Assembly: GCA_013115125.1 (NCBI GenBank)
Contig: JABANN010000116.1
Span: 1 to 64,000, forward strand
Direction of reading: 5' to 3'
Source: Perkinsus olseni
Lineage: Eukaryota
DNA length: 64,000 nt
The notes under the pieces are model-generated. The model did not search any database, was not told the origin of the DNA, and saw only the letters and a program-made list of their open reading frames with translations. Position numbers and translations under genes: made by a program. Below are positions 13,029-25,825 of the stretch, one piece after another (the stretch's first letter is position 1; the number at the start of each line of letters is the position of its first letter).

Positions 13029-13202
13029 TAACGGGAAACTGGGCGCAATCGTGTTCGGAAAAGGAATTCCCATCCACGACGATAGAGGCGACCTCTAAGA
13101 GGTTTCGTCTAAAACCATCAATGAATCGGAGTCCCATTCTACATCTTGATCCGACAGTAATGCGATAGTGGCATTACGTCATCAACGGATCACTTATCGC
13201 TC

Positions 13203-15403
13203 TCATACTACCTTACAGGTCGTTACGCTGCTTACCGTATTTATCATCCTAGTACGATCACCAGGCCTACATTGGATGTGGTGTTCGCTTAATGTAACCT
13301 GTGCAGTACGGGGAATCCTGACGAAGGGGATGCCGCCGGCCAGGTCGAGCTGACCCTCTTTCATCGTCTCCCACTGATATTTATCCAACAATACAATGCT
13401 CGGCGATGGATCGAAACATAATGGTAGGCTGTGAATATTAGACTCAAAAAAACGGTATTGCAAGACAGTAGGGATACCACAACTTACAGTACACACTCCG
13501 TGAACATATTCCGCTGCCAACGATCACCTTCAATGGAGACATCAGCAGCCAACACGCCGAGAGTCGTAGCTTCCGTGAGCAGGATGGTGGCCAATGAGGG
13601 CGATACTGAGGAAGCACGATACTCACCACGAGGGGCTTCGAGCGCCTCACTTTTCCAAGTATCAGCGAGCTCCAATGCACCAACGCTGTCGTGCCAAGTT
13701 GGCAGTACCTCATCCCTCAACCGCTTACACGCCTCTTCAGTAGAGAAATTCGGCAAGGCGACCTGTCGAAACGAGAGGCAATGCGGGCCATAGATAGAGG
13801 GTGCCCCTCCCCCGGCGAGCACCGCCGCTACTTACTGCAAGGAAAGCTCCATCGCGGAACTGCCGTATAGTGAGCCTCCGATCAGATCGGGCAGCCTCAG
13901 CCTTCAGACACTGAAAAAAGGTTCTAGGAGAGATGAGGTCGAAGCCCAAAGCCCGATTGACCAAACAGTACCTACACCAGTGAGAGTCCAGCATCATCAT
14001 CATTAGGAGAATCAACTCACGCATCTTGAAGAAGCATAATGCCACAAGACTTGCTGCCTTTGGTGAGGGCGGTGCAGCAAAGTTGTATAACATGCTGATA
14101 GGTCGCTGCCGGGGTCACCATCGTGCCGTTGTCATCCGTCGCTAAGCCGTATTCCTCAAGAAGAGACCGAACCTGCTCCAAGAGAGCTGGAATACAATCG
14201 CTCGTCCCAGCCGGAGTCTCGAGTGCAGCGGCGGCGGCGAGGGAAGGATAGACTCATGAGACCAACCTGGGTCGGATCGTCCTTGTCATCGCGCTGTAGG
14301 CGTCTGGCCAGCTGCACGAGGTCTGATGCGCTCGCCTGGAGTGATCGGAGGTCAGCCAAACCTGACAGCAATCCGCAGCTACGCCGCCAATTCGGCATGC
14401 TCGATTCACTCAGACAAGAGTCGATGATTACTACCCTCGTTAACATTCCTGTTGTCCTCCTCCATCTGCTTCTCCCTCCTCTGCAGGAGACGGCCGATAC
14501 CCCCTATCCGCCCACCGACAGGTTCATAGGATGGCGAGGCGCTCCAGCTCTGGGTAGTCAACTGAGATCCAATACTAACCCCAGCGAGGTCCATGGAGGG
14601 TCGCCCACCAACTGGTTCACTATGGCATCTAATCTTTCCGCATCAGCCGAGCAAGTCCCTCGGATACTCAACCCGTCCCCAGGATGACCCCAAAACGTAA
14701 GGTAACTACTCTAAGGGAAGTGAGATAGTTTCTCCTCCTACACCTACCTACAGTTTGGCATCCCGAAAGTACCCTCCCTTAATCCGCACTGTATCAACCT
14801 GGTCCAGTCGGATACCTGTTGGCACACACAATCAGCCGCCATACTCCAAATCCAACTGCAGGAAACTGCTAAGACAAAATATTCTCACGGATGGAAGCAA
14901 TACACCATTCCAGTGGACACCTTGAAACCCTTGGAAGGCCCCTCTCAAGCCAATGGTCGATCAACTTACATTTGTATTGACCAGAATGTCGCCAGTATAT
15001 CCGATGGGTGGTTATAGTCAGCCTTGTAGCATCATAATAAGCGCCTAACAAAAGCACCACGACACGCTCCTCGAATACAATGACTGTAGAGGGCGATCCC
15101 TTCTCAAGCTGAGTATTTCAACGCGATCTCGGTAGAGAATGGTAGTTGCCCTCGTAGGTCTTTTCCCCCGACAATTCCGCTTTCAGAGGGCGAGCACAAT
15201 TCCTCAGAAACCCCTAGAGTAACCAAAACCGAGTTCTAGACAGTCGAAGCCACTACCATAAATTACCTCTCTCTTTCTCCTTTATCTTCACACCAATATC
15301 CATTCCGAACTCGCCAGCCGGCCTTTCCCCTTCTAAGGGTATCACGGCGCCGTCTCGCTCTTGACAAATGAAGACGTAGCAGTTGGGGCTAGTCGGGTCC
15401 ATA
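13203..15403 (-). CDS. Multi-exon hypothetical protein
   Basis: Start MDPTSPNCYVFICQERDGAVIP. Exon-like ORFs at 13484-13822 and 14156-14446. Terminal exon QLDLAGGIPFVRIP...TTCKVV*. Confidence 0.45.
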
Positions 15404-15542
15404 GCATCAAGTCTTCTCTGACGGACTCATCGCTCTACCATTGACCCGGCAACCCAACAGTGACAATGATAATACTAGTTGGTACGTAGGAACAGTATTA
15501 ACGTTGTGAGCAGGAGCCGAAGGCAGAAGGCGGGTGTCATCA

Positions 15543-17135
15543 CTACTCTACTCTGGCCTTTTTTCCAGGACCATCAAAGCCTCCACTCTCAGCACCCCTC
15601 TTAAAGCCCTTACCCTTACCCTTGCCTTTGCCTTTGCCTTTACCATGGCCGCCTTTCCCCTTCCCCTTGCCGTGACCGCCGAATCCTTTCCCTCCCTTCC
15701 CCTTCCCTCCTTCAAACTCGCTGAAGCCTTTACCCTTCCCTTTTCCCTTCCCTTTCCCCTTTCCCTTTCCTCCTTCTGCAAAACCGTGACCCTTTCCTTT
15801 GCCTTTGCCCTTCCCCTCACCCCCGTCATCTTCACTAAAGTCCTTCCCTTTCCCCTTGCCTTTCCCCTTGCCCTTTCCTTTTCCCTTCCCTTTTCCCTTC
15901 CCTTTCCCTTCTCCTTCCCCTCGCTCTTCATCGTCCTCAGCAGAAAAGAGGCCTTTTCCTTTACCCTTTCCCTTCCCCTTTCCTTTTCCTTTACCCTTTC
16001 CCTTCCCCTTTCCTTTTCCTTTACCCTTTCCTTTGCCCTTTCCTTTGCCCTTTCCTTTGCCCTTTCCTTTGCCCTTCCCCGTTCCGTAAGACTCTTCAGG
16101 CTCATCATCTCCACCCTCGGAGAGATCATCAAGGAACCCCTCCTCTCCCTCTTCTTCTTCTTCTTCTCCTTCTTCATCTTCTTCCTCTTCACCTCCTTCC
16201 TCATCTTCTCCTTCAGCGTCATCATCCTCAAGCTCCTCTACGGCGCCTAAAAACAGCAGTCGACTTTCCTCAACCCAGCAGACGCCGCGGTCAATCCACT
16301 AGACCAAGCATCACCTTCTTCTTCTTCCTCCTCCCCTCCACCATCACTGACATCCTCCTCCTCTTCCACTACTTCATTCTCCTCGTCATCACTCTCACCG
16401 CCGAACATCGCGTCCATCTCCTCCATGCTGAGATCCCCGTCCTCAGCGCTCTCTTCCTTCCCTGCTGGCTTGGATTTCGTGGCAGCCTTCTTCGCCTCCT
16501 GCTTCTCCTTGTAGGCCTTCAACTTATACTGAAACTTCTTCCCCGATAAATGCCTAACGACAGAGCACCTGCATTGCTAGCCCGACGAAAACCCCGATTA
16601 TAGTAGGAAACGAGAGCCCCCAAACTTCTACTTGTGGACCGAGTCAGCGTCCTTATTGACCTTCTTATGCGTAACAACGCAGAAGTAACAGTGAGGGTAG
16701 CGGTCGTGTTGGATGAGGTAATCCTTATATTGTTCAACCTGGCAGAGCAAGCAAACAAAAGATTCCCCCAAAGATGAGGGATCCAACACAGTTACCTCAT
16801 CATTAACACTGATGCCTTCCTCCACCAACTGCCTTGCCTTCAGGTACTTGGGTCTGTTAATATACTCGTGAACTATCTGGTACGTTAAAGGCATCTCATG
16901 ACCTGTCATCATACTGGCAATGAAGCCACCCACCGGTTCAATCCGCGACGATAGTTTCGGCGAGCTTCTAGACGATACTATTGACCCGACGGAGCGATGC
17001 CGGCCAGCTCAACTCTCGCCTCCCTCCATTACCCGTTGAGATGCATTTGATCTTCGTTTTCTCTTCATTGAAAGCCAAATCGGCATGCCCCTCGACGAGC
17101 TCCGTCAGCCGAGAATCTTCGGTAGCCACTGGCAT
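15543..17135 (-). CDS. SURF2: Surfeit locus protein 2 (SURF2) homolog with acidic tract and long GK-repeat tail
   Basis: Spliced sequence KIKCISTGHEMP...YINRPKYLK...EQYKDYLIQHDRYPHCYFCVVTHKKVNKDADSVHKHLSGKKFQ fits the SURF2 pattern. Ends GGFDGPGKKARVE*. Confidence 0.85.
15600..16080 (-). repeat. Coding low-complexity (Gly-Lys)n tract
   Basis: Plus strand has ccttt(c/g)/ccctt hexamer arrays, which read GGN-AAR codons on the minus strand. Confidence 0.9.
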
Positions 17136-17356
17136 TTCTCAAGTTGAGCGAATAACAGCACTTTAATGCAATATCGTTGACCCACCCTAACTTCATCACA
17201 CCCTTAAGCACTTCCAACTCAGCACAAGATAGACAAAATAATAATCTGATCGACTGGTTCCGTCACAAAATCCCCGCTGATGCCAAACTTCAACCGCTGT
17301 GCTCGGCTGGACAGTAAAGCCCTCTTCCAGCTCTGCGCTATCGTGTGTATGACCCT

Positions 17357-17780
17357 CAGACGTTCTTAGCGATGGCACCCTTCACTATCGGTTGATTCAA
17401 TAGCCGCTTTCGCGCCTCCTTCAGAGCGCCCTGAGAGACAGCGATGCCATCTCACGTCCGCGGGTCGAATAGAAACACTTCACGGCGGAGCCTCTTCCAA
17501 GACTAGCCCAATCCCCCGTGCACTACCGCTTCCTTAATCAAGCCTCTTCCCACCGCCAGCAGCCCTAAGCTCAGTATCATGAATACGATGCCACCCAGGG
17601 TCGTTTGGACATTCCATGAAGAATTCCACATTAAACTTCCATTAGCTTCAACATAAGATACCACCTAGTGCAACACTCCGCAGCAGAGACTCAGTTCAAG
17701 TGTAGTTTTCGATAGGTCAACACACATGCAGCTTATTCACTGCTGTCAGGTTCTCTCTTCATCATCGTCTCATCGGCCAT
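17357..17780 (-). CDS. Possible small membrane protein gene
   Basis: Exon-like pieces MADETMMKREPDS, TTLGGIVFMILSLGLLAVGRG (TM-like) and GALKEARKRLLNQPIVKGAIAKNV*. Splice phases not fully resolved. Confidence 0.3.
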
Positions 17781-17978
17781 ACCCGCCCCAACGATAGACT
17801 ACCCTTCGCGGGGACGTGGGAAACGGTGTAGTATAGTTATCAAGACAGGAGCAGCAGCTCCAGCCAAGATACTTACTATTAACAGATATTATTTACGTGG
17901 AGAGTTGTTGAAGGAACGGTATCAGTTATCGCTTTGGTAATAATCTCATTACTACTACTGTACTATAGGCTCTCGAGT

Positions 17979-20526
17979 TCACATGGTGAACTGCCGCTTG
18001 TCACCGGAGGCCTTCTTCCCATAAGGGTTGCTCGCGCTGAAGTCGCCTTGGCCCTTATTATACCTTCCTGACTTCACCATTTTCCGACCACCCCTGAAAA
18101 ATGACCAAGTTCCCATCAACCACAGATGCCACGCTTCAACCTAAGATACCCCTGAGGCGAGCGGCCCCTCCACTTGCCTGTCACTCTTCTTAGTATCCTT
18201 CAAATTGAGATCAACCTTCGGCGGCACTGCAAATCCAAAGCACTTAGCGAGCTTCTGCAGGTCCAATGAGTGGACATCAAAGCAATCCTTAGACGCATGA
18301 GCTGCATAAGCATGAAGATACGACCGGTAGGCGTCCCGGCTGGCGCGGTGTAGGTGGTAGTTGGTCTCCACCAACTTCTCCAACTGATGCTGTATGTTAG
18401 CAACCTTTGCTGGAGGGAAGACGTACTCGTTGAGAGTCGTCACGCCCGATTTTCGGAGGTACCTACCCGACAGTTGAGTCATCTCCCTCACCACCCAAGG
18501 AATGATCACCTCAAGAAGCCAAGCTCTTCAGGCATGAGGAAGAGGAGAGCCTTTCCAGTGCCTTCTGCGCCTCTTGCAGTTCGACCAACGCGATGGATGT
18601 ACTCCTGCGACGGCAATCCACGGTCAGGAGGTGGGGCAGATGAGTAGTACCTTCGGATCATCCGGAGGGTCGTACTGGACGATCCAATCAACCTTGGGAA
18701 TATCCAAACCTCTCGCAGCTACATCCGTACCTGCCCGTGAGTAACAGTGCTAAATTCATACCACTCCTCCGCCAAATCGCAAAGGGTGATGAGTCCCAGG
18801 CTCTTACACAGGAGTATACCAGACTCCATCTGGCAGAACCGATAGAAGTTGGTCATCCGAGCCGACTGCTTCTTCTGTCCATGAATGGATATGACCGGAA
18901 TATCGATGTAGTTGAGCAGCTCATCGTGGAACTTCACCGAGTTGCAGGACGAAAAGAAGACCATCACCTGACCAAAGTGAGTGGGGAGAAGACGACCTCC
19001 AACAGCAGCAGCAGCAGCGCTTCTTACCTTCTTTTTCTGGTTCTTCTTAAGGAAGGTGAACAACAGTCGGAGACGATCGTCGCCGCCCACAACGACATAA
19101 CCCTGCACCAACCCGGAGGCTGTCGAGGTTGCCGCATCCTACACAGGAGCACTATAACAACAAGGACTGGCAACTCCCCTCAGCTACATCATCAGCTCCC
19201 TTGCTCTGCACAAAGATAGGCTTCTTCAGCGACAACCGCGCCAAGTCGTTAACCTAAGATTCGCGATCCAGGTCGAAAGAGGAATCACAAGTAGCTTCAC
19301 CTTCTGCGTCTGAGTGGCGGAGAAAAGCGACGTCTGTCTCTTCTTAGGGAGTATCTTCAATATCTGGTTCATATCCTCCTCGAACCCTAAACCAATAGCC
19401 TAACAGCGGTCTGTGCTGCCCCAACACTACCAATCTGGAGAATCCTATCAGCCTCATCGATGACCAGGCTCATGAGGTTGGCGTAGACGAAGCCTCTGGT
19501 GTTCTGCAGGTGGTCGAGTAGCCGTCCAGGAGTGGCAACTGAGGAGGTGAGACCTTATGGACTGACGGCGCCAAAGATCAGCGCCTCACTGAGAATATTG
19601 ATTCCTCTAGAAAGTTTATCAGCTTCGTTCTTCCTATTAACTCCGCCCATGACAATACCGTAGGTTTGAGAAAGCTTCGTGGCATCGACAAGCTGTCACG
19701 GAAAGATACTCTAGAGGTCGAACAGGGGAAAGATACTACCCTCTTGCACACGTCAAAGATTTGCATGGCCAGCTCACGAGTGGGGGAGATAACCATAACG
19801 CCAGTACCTATACCACAGCATATCCGACCAACCCGGCAGCAGCTCCACCTGACCGTTCTTAGGCTGGAAACGTGTAGCCACGAGAAGCTCCAAGGCCGGC
19901 ACCAAGAAGGCCAGGGTCTTGCCGGACCCTGTCTTGGCCGCTCCCAGTACCTGCAAAGTCTCCCTCCTCTACTGACGCCGCCCCACACAGCCCTTTCTAT
20001 TACATCTTTTCCCTTCAACATGAGAGGGATGGCCTTAGCCTGGATGTCTGTCATCGTAGTGAAGTTGCAGGCGGTAAGAGCCTCCTTGAGAGGGTCGCAG
20101 ATTTGAAGGTCAGTGAACTTCTTATTCGAGAAGAATCCCTTCTTGCCCGAGGGAGGCTCAGTGGTAGCCTGAGCCATGAGCCCTCCCATACATCCCCCTA
20201 CCCCACCGCGACCTACCTCGGCCCCCTTGTCAACGCCATTACCCTCAGCAGTGGTAACTAACAGCCATAAGCGACTTAGCGGGTCGAGCAGGTTAGCGAG
20301 GCTCCTACCTGCAGCACTCTGCCGTACGGCAGAGATCTTCTCTTCCTTCTCCTCCTTCCTCTGCTGCTTCATTTCCTCTTCCCGTCGTTCCTTGGCTTCC
20401 GATGGGTCGCTCTTCTGTCAGGTTAGACGACGTATTTAACGGTAGCTAGTCCGAAGGCCAGCAGCTCACCTTTTTGAAGGCCTTCTTCCTGTTGGCCGCC
20501 GCTCGAGGCTGCTGTGGATTCGTCAT
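17979..20526 (-). CDS. HAS1: ATP-dependent DEAD-box RNA helicase HAS1/DDX18
   Basis: Q motif [90 protein letters not shown] and C-terminal NPYGK. Confidence 0.97.
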
Positions 20527-20701
20527 TCCAGTCGAAGAACAACAACAACTTCAACAATGGATCCTCCGTGCGTGTCAGTCCATTGACGCCCACTTGCGAC
20601 CTTGCTATATCTTGCATTTCCCCAACTATCTCGATTAGACGTGCATTATAAAAATCAACACAATCTCATCATTACTAAATCATGTTACATTATCCTTGTT
20701 G

Positions 20702-22056
20702 TCATTGAAGATACGGGTACATATAGATGTCGTAGTCCCCGTTGTTGGAGTCGCCTAAGCATCAACCTCAGATCCTTACCAAGCCATCGAGCCTTTCCGA
20801 TCTCCAGTCACACCCATTCCGCCGTACATCGAAATCACCAACATGCGAAGGTGAGCAGCCGCGAGTTGAAACCCCCAACGCCAACAATGCCATCGTGAGC
20901 GACCCTAGCGCGTCTCAGATCGTATTCTGGGCCACTGAGCGCTAGGCGCGGGTCCCCCTATCGCACTTACTACTAATACAAGTGAAATTGTGCTTCCTAT
21001 ACAGTTTCCCAGCGTATCTATTGCTTCGCCCCGCTGCCAGATACACGGCCATAATATCGGGTTCTACCGTGCGGATCTGCAAGCGTTCGAAGGACTACTA
21101 TACTCGAGCAGACGCTGAGGACAAGGTAAGCTTGGTGCGGTTGGGCTCACTTCATTAAGCGCCTTGGGTAGCATGGTGCTCCCGACACGCTTGTTCTGCC
21201 ATGGAGGGGTCGCCTCTACTGTCCCTATATACGCCACTACGGCATCTTCTTGTGTCTTATTTCTGAGTAGGACCGTGCTGCAATCACTAACCAGGCCTGT
21301 CGGCAGCGAGTGCGTAAGCCCTTTTCGAGGGCGTCAGAGTATGGCTCTGGTAGACTCATGAACGTCACCCAAAACTATGGTAGTCGCCGTCATGATGTGC
21401 CCTCATCACAGTAGTTGAATTCGCTGTCCTTTTGCAACCCACGCTTGAAAATCATTCTCCGGGTGCTGGATTTGAAATTGCTGTCATGGAAATATCGCCG
21501 GCACCCGGAAGGTTGTACATGTATAAGCACATCGAAAAATGAGAACAGGTATCTATTTGCCTCTAGCGTCGATCCGCACCCTAGATTGATATGAGTTGGA
21601 ACGGAGTAGAGTTTCAATACATCTCTGGCAGTACTACATTGCGGATAGGACGCAGCCGGGTACGCTCTCCGCTAGCATCCATAGCACTTTTCCCACAACC
21701 GCCTGATCACAGCAATTATGGGAGAGGTCGATCAATTCTACCAACTGCCACGCCTTCTGATCGGCGTGAGACATCACAGGGGTCTCACAGCGCCGCCAGA
21801 CCCGTCTCACCGTTGCGTGTGGGGCTTTTGGATCAACCGCGACGAACGCCTCGTATCCAAAATAGTCCTCCACGTACTCATAATCCATCATGTCGTCCCA
21901 CCTCCCTGCTCGATATACGAGCTCCGAAGCGTTGGTACTGTACCTCCTATTTCGAGCTACTACACGGCGGTGACCGCTTTTGGCAGTCGCTCGCTTAGCC
22001 GAGAGGAAGCTGATATGGGACAGGCTTGCTAGGGCGATCAGCCTTATCACTGCCAT
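20702..22056 (-). pseudogene. GNAT-fold acetyltransferase paralog 1 with signal-peptide-like N-terminus; in-frame TAG at 21634-21636
   Basis: MAVIRLIALASLSHISFLSAKRA. Motif A-like AYIGTVEATPPWQNKRVGSTML and motif B-like AVYLAAGRSNRYAGKLYRKHNF. AM*YCQR aligns with EMEACQR of paralog 4. Confidence 0.65.
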
Positions 22057-22706
22057 CGGGAGGACCGAACTAACTGACTAACGGGTGAGTGTAGTTCCGG
22101 AAACAGTGTTCATCGGGCAGTACGGTTGATGTTCGAGTTTCCGTGGCGGGCGCGCTTCGTCCGCCTTGTTTGGATGCGTTGAGATTGTGCGCGGGTAAGG
22201 GCGGAAAGCCGATCATGTGCAGTATGATCACTCGCCCTCGGAGATTACGACTCATCGACTGCAATGCGCCTTGGATGGAGGTGCACGGGTAGCGGTTCGG
22301 GGACCAGCGCATGAGATCGTGCGCAGACCGTGGTATGATACCACTGGTATCTCATGGTAACGAGGCCTTGCTAACGATTTTGGTACCAGGACGGGGCTAT
22401 CTGAAGGCAACCGAGGTGCAAGGCTGGAATAGTACGAACCCTTCCGCGGTGGTTCAAGAGAGTACTAGCATAACACTACCCCATTTCAACTCTCCCTAGC
22501 AACCTCCACCTCATTATCATAGAAATTGGCAAATTCATTATAGGCCGAGACGTTTTCCGGGAGAAACCTCATGATTAGGATTCTGCGGGATCAGCACGTG
22601 ATATTAACTCGTAACTTGAGTAAGTCAACATCGCTAGAAGCTCACCATACTCATCACAGCAAACACAGCATCTCCGATTCTCATCGTACCTCTGGCGACG
22701 GTATCT

Positions 22707-23681
22707 TTACTGGGGGTAGAGGTAAACGCAGAAAAGAGAGGAGTCTTTGTTGCCTGAACAGCAGCTCGGAGCCAACTTCAGCTCGGAAGTTTCAGACCGA
22801 GGTCATGGTGCGTGTGTTAGGTCATGCTGCACGAGTGGGGGAGACGAGAGAAGGCAGTGCATTTGAGTCATCCGGTCATACACACTTACACTTACCATGG
22901 ACACAAGTGAAGTTGGTCTTCTGGTACAGCTTTATGGCGTACGTTTTTTCCTTGCTAACTCCCAGATATGCGGCCATAACGTTTGGAACTTCGTCGCGGA
23001 TCTGCACGTTGCTATTGCACTCGAGAGGTTAGCGAAGGGTGGAGAGGGTGGAGGGGTTCCCTCCGAGGGGAGCCAGGCTCACCTTATCTAATGCTTTCGG
23101 CAGCATTGTGCTCCCGACGCGGTGATTCTGCCAAGTTGGGAGGACATTTACGGACCCTATGTAAACCACCACGGCCTCCTGCCGTGACTTGTTTCTGAAT
23201 GAGAAGACGGCCCGGTATTAGCAACGACGATAGGTAACGGCAGTGAGCACGGCGGCCTCTAATTGCCGCCCTTACATTTTGTTCAAGACAACGTCCGGTG
23301 TATTCTCCGCCATCCGCCATGAAACTTCTCCTGCGACAGCCTGCCAAATGGTTGTATCGACGGGGGAGTGTTGAACTAGCCAGTATCAGTTGCTGCATCT
23401 ACAGATGCAAAGGGGATCGATCACGAATTAGGGCTTACCTCCTCAGCCGGGGCTTTTGGATCCACCGCGACGAATATTTTATAGGAGAGGAGCTTCATAT
23501 ATTGATAAACCGGTTTATCGTCATATCTTCCTGGTCTATATATAAGCTCCGAAGCGTTTCTACTGTAGCTGCCATCTGCAGCCGATAAACGGCGAGGGCC
23601 GCTGCTTGGGGTCGCCCGCTTAGCCGATAAGAGGCCGATGTGGGCTAGACTTGCGAGGGCCAACAGCCTTATCGCTGCCAT
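22707..23681 (-). CDS. GNAT-fold acetyltransferase paralog 2 with signal-peptide-like N-terminus
   Basis: MAAIRLLALASLAHIGLLSAKRA; VYIGSVNVLPTWQNHRVGSTMLPKAL; AAYLGVSKEKTYAIKLYQKTNF; last exon GNKDSSLFCVYLYPQ*. Confidence 0.75.
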
Positions 23682-24046
23682 GAGAGGAACTGAACTCACT
23701 AAGGCGTAGCGTAGCTCTGGAAGTAATTTCCATCGGGTGATACGATTGTCGTTCGAGTTTCCGAGGCGAGCGACGTTGATAATCGTGGAGGTGTCGAGAT
23801 TTTGCAACTAGGGCGGAAAGTTGATCATGCACGGCAAGGCCGCTGGGATGAAACGCCGGCGTACCCTTTGCACGCTGAATTAAGACGGCCGTGAGCTGGG
23901 GAGCGGCAGCTTCTCAATGACCATCATGGTAACAGGCAAAAGGTTCGATAACAACCTTCACTGGAGGTCTCCCAGGCACTGCTGATGACCAGAGCTTTCC
24001 ATTGCATTACTGAGTGCTTCCAGTAGCATCGCACATCCCGCCTTTC

Positions 24047-24228
24047 AATTTCGCCGACCGTCGGCGAAATTCCGTCGGCGGCGGCCGACGGCTGGCGCGG
24101 AAAGACCGACGGAATCTTCCCCTGACTTGCGTAATCTATCATATTCTCTGCTCTCCCAGGTCTGCTGTCTAGACAATTGCTGGGAGACCGCGACAAATTG
24201 TCTGCGACAATTGCTGTCTAGTCAGACT
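24047..24228. repeat. Cluster of nested palindromes and short repeats
   Basis: aatttcgccgac-c-gtcggcgaaatt; ccgtcggc-ggcg-gccgacgg; attccgtcgg...ccgacggaat; then repeated gacaattg and tgctgtctag units. Confidence 0.85.
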
Positions 24229-25825
24229 GTAGTCCTGCTCAGCACGAGCCCAATGCGGAGTGAATTCTAAACGAGGGCCAACCGTGTGACGAGGGAGACG
24301 ACTGGATCAGATAAGGGTGTATGGGCCCTTCGTCCGGCGGCTTCCCTGCTCGGCTTTCCAGGCCGGATGGGGGCAGCGATCATGGACGTGGCGTACCTTT
24401 CAGGTCGGTATGTTGTTACGTGGCGTACGCTTTTGTGTTCGCAGTTCTTGCGAGGGGCCCCTTAGCGCTCCGCTTGTCGCCGCCTGTGTTCCATTTGTTC
24501 GCAGCTGGGCATCCTGGCGCCCACTACAGGCTGCTGTTTTTCAACACCTCCTCAGACATTTCCCGCCGTTTCCCGCGATGAAAGTCGGCCAGGTACTCTT
24601 CGATTTGAGGGAGGCCATTGTGACTAATGTGTTCCAATTCTTCCAAGTACTACTGGAAGAACAGCGGTATCAAGTCTCACAGGCCGCCTCGGCGGGCCGT
24701 CCCTTCAGGCCGGCCGATCGATATATATATTTCTCTGTGGAGTATCTTTACTCGTTATTGGTCTCATAGTTATGATCGCCACCTTTGATTCGAGGGAGGC
24801 TGCAGCCGCCCCTCCCGGATGGGAAAGGTAATAACTATCTCGTCAAGAGTGGCGGAACCAGCGAGATGCGCACACTCAGTGTGCGTACCTTTCACTCTGT
24901 TGATGGCCATGCCCGACAAGATCTATATTTCACCTTCTCACTCGGATGCGTATCTTTTGTTGACAGTAGATTCATCAGGTTCGTTGCAGCCACTGGTAGC
25001 AACCAATGGGTCAGCTGCAGCTTCCTAATAGCAGGGGGATCCATCGTACTATGATGACTCTCCTTGTTGCACTCTAATCAGCAACCCCCGTAGGTGCTCA
25101 GCATCAACTACCTACCGAGGCTAGAGGGCGAATCTTGACTACGATTGTCCCGCATGCTCCATTGGCTCGGTGTTTCACCAGAGACTGAGTTGAGTCCGAC
25201 GAGTACTGTTAATGCGACGTCCATGGGCATCCGACTCCGGTCACACGGAGCCCCTTTAGTTTTTGATAATCTTCGATGCATACGCAGTATAGTTGGTTTT
25301 CAATAGCAGCCTCGTCAACATCGTCCTTCACGCCTTTCGGGGCAGCCTGGGCAGCTTTTGGATACTCTTTCCCGAGGCCCTCTCCACCCGCCCCTGAAGT
25401 TCGACACTTGGCTCTTGGATGTAATAGATCGGATAACGTTCGGATGGCTTCCACTGTCGGTTTATGCTCTGACCATTGTTTATTCGGAATAGGTAGGCTA
25501 AGCCATGGCTGTTGCAAGCGAAGGGCGTTCCCCACTTCCTCATTCAACTGAACGGCAGCGAATTTCTCATAGACCTCGGAGGCGGTGATGCTGATTTTTT
25601 TGGTGCAAAGCATATCCCTGTTTCGAAAGTACATGGACTGTAGTCCGATGCAAATTCATGGAATATGTATATCAAGCGTCAGGATAGCTTCACCGCGAGG
25701 AGAACTTGGGGACGCAAGCGACGGTGGAAATTGGTGAATAAATTCTCAAAGCGCTGTTTTGGATCCTCTCCAAAAACAGCGTCACACTTCTCGTTCTGCA
25801 TGAGTAATCGCTGAGCCGAAATCGC

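Noticed and set aside
12475-13098. 207-aa plus-strand ORF
   Set aside because: Antisense to the MZB1-like gene, with no recognisable features.
15534-16250. Hydrophobic 238-aa plus-strand ORF and FP-repeat ORF; KERAKE minus-strand ORF
   Set aside because: Antisense or off-frame shadows of the SURF2 acidic/GK tail.
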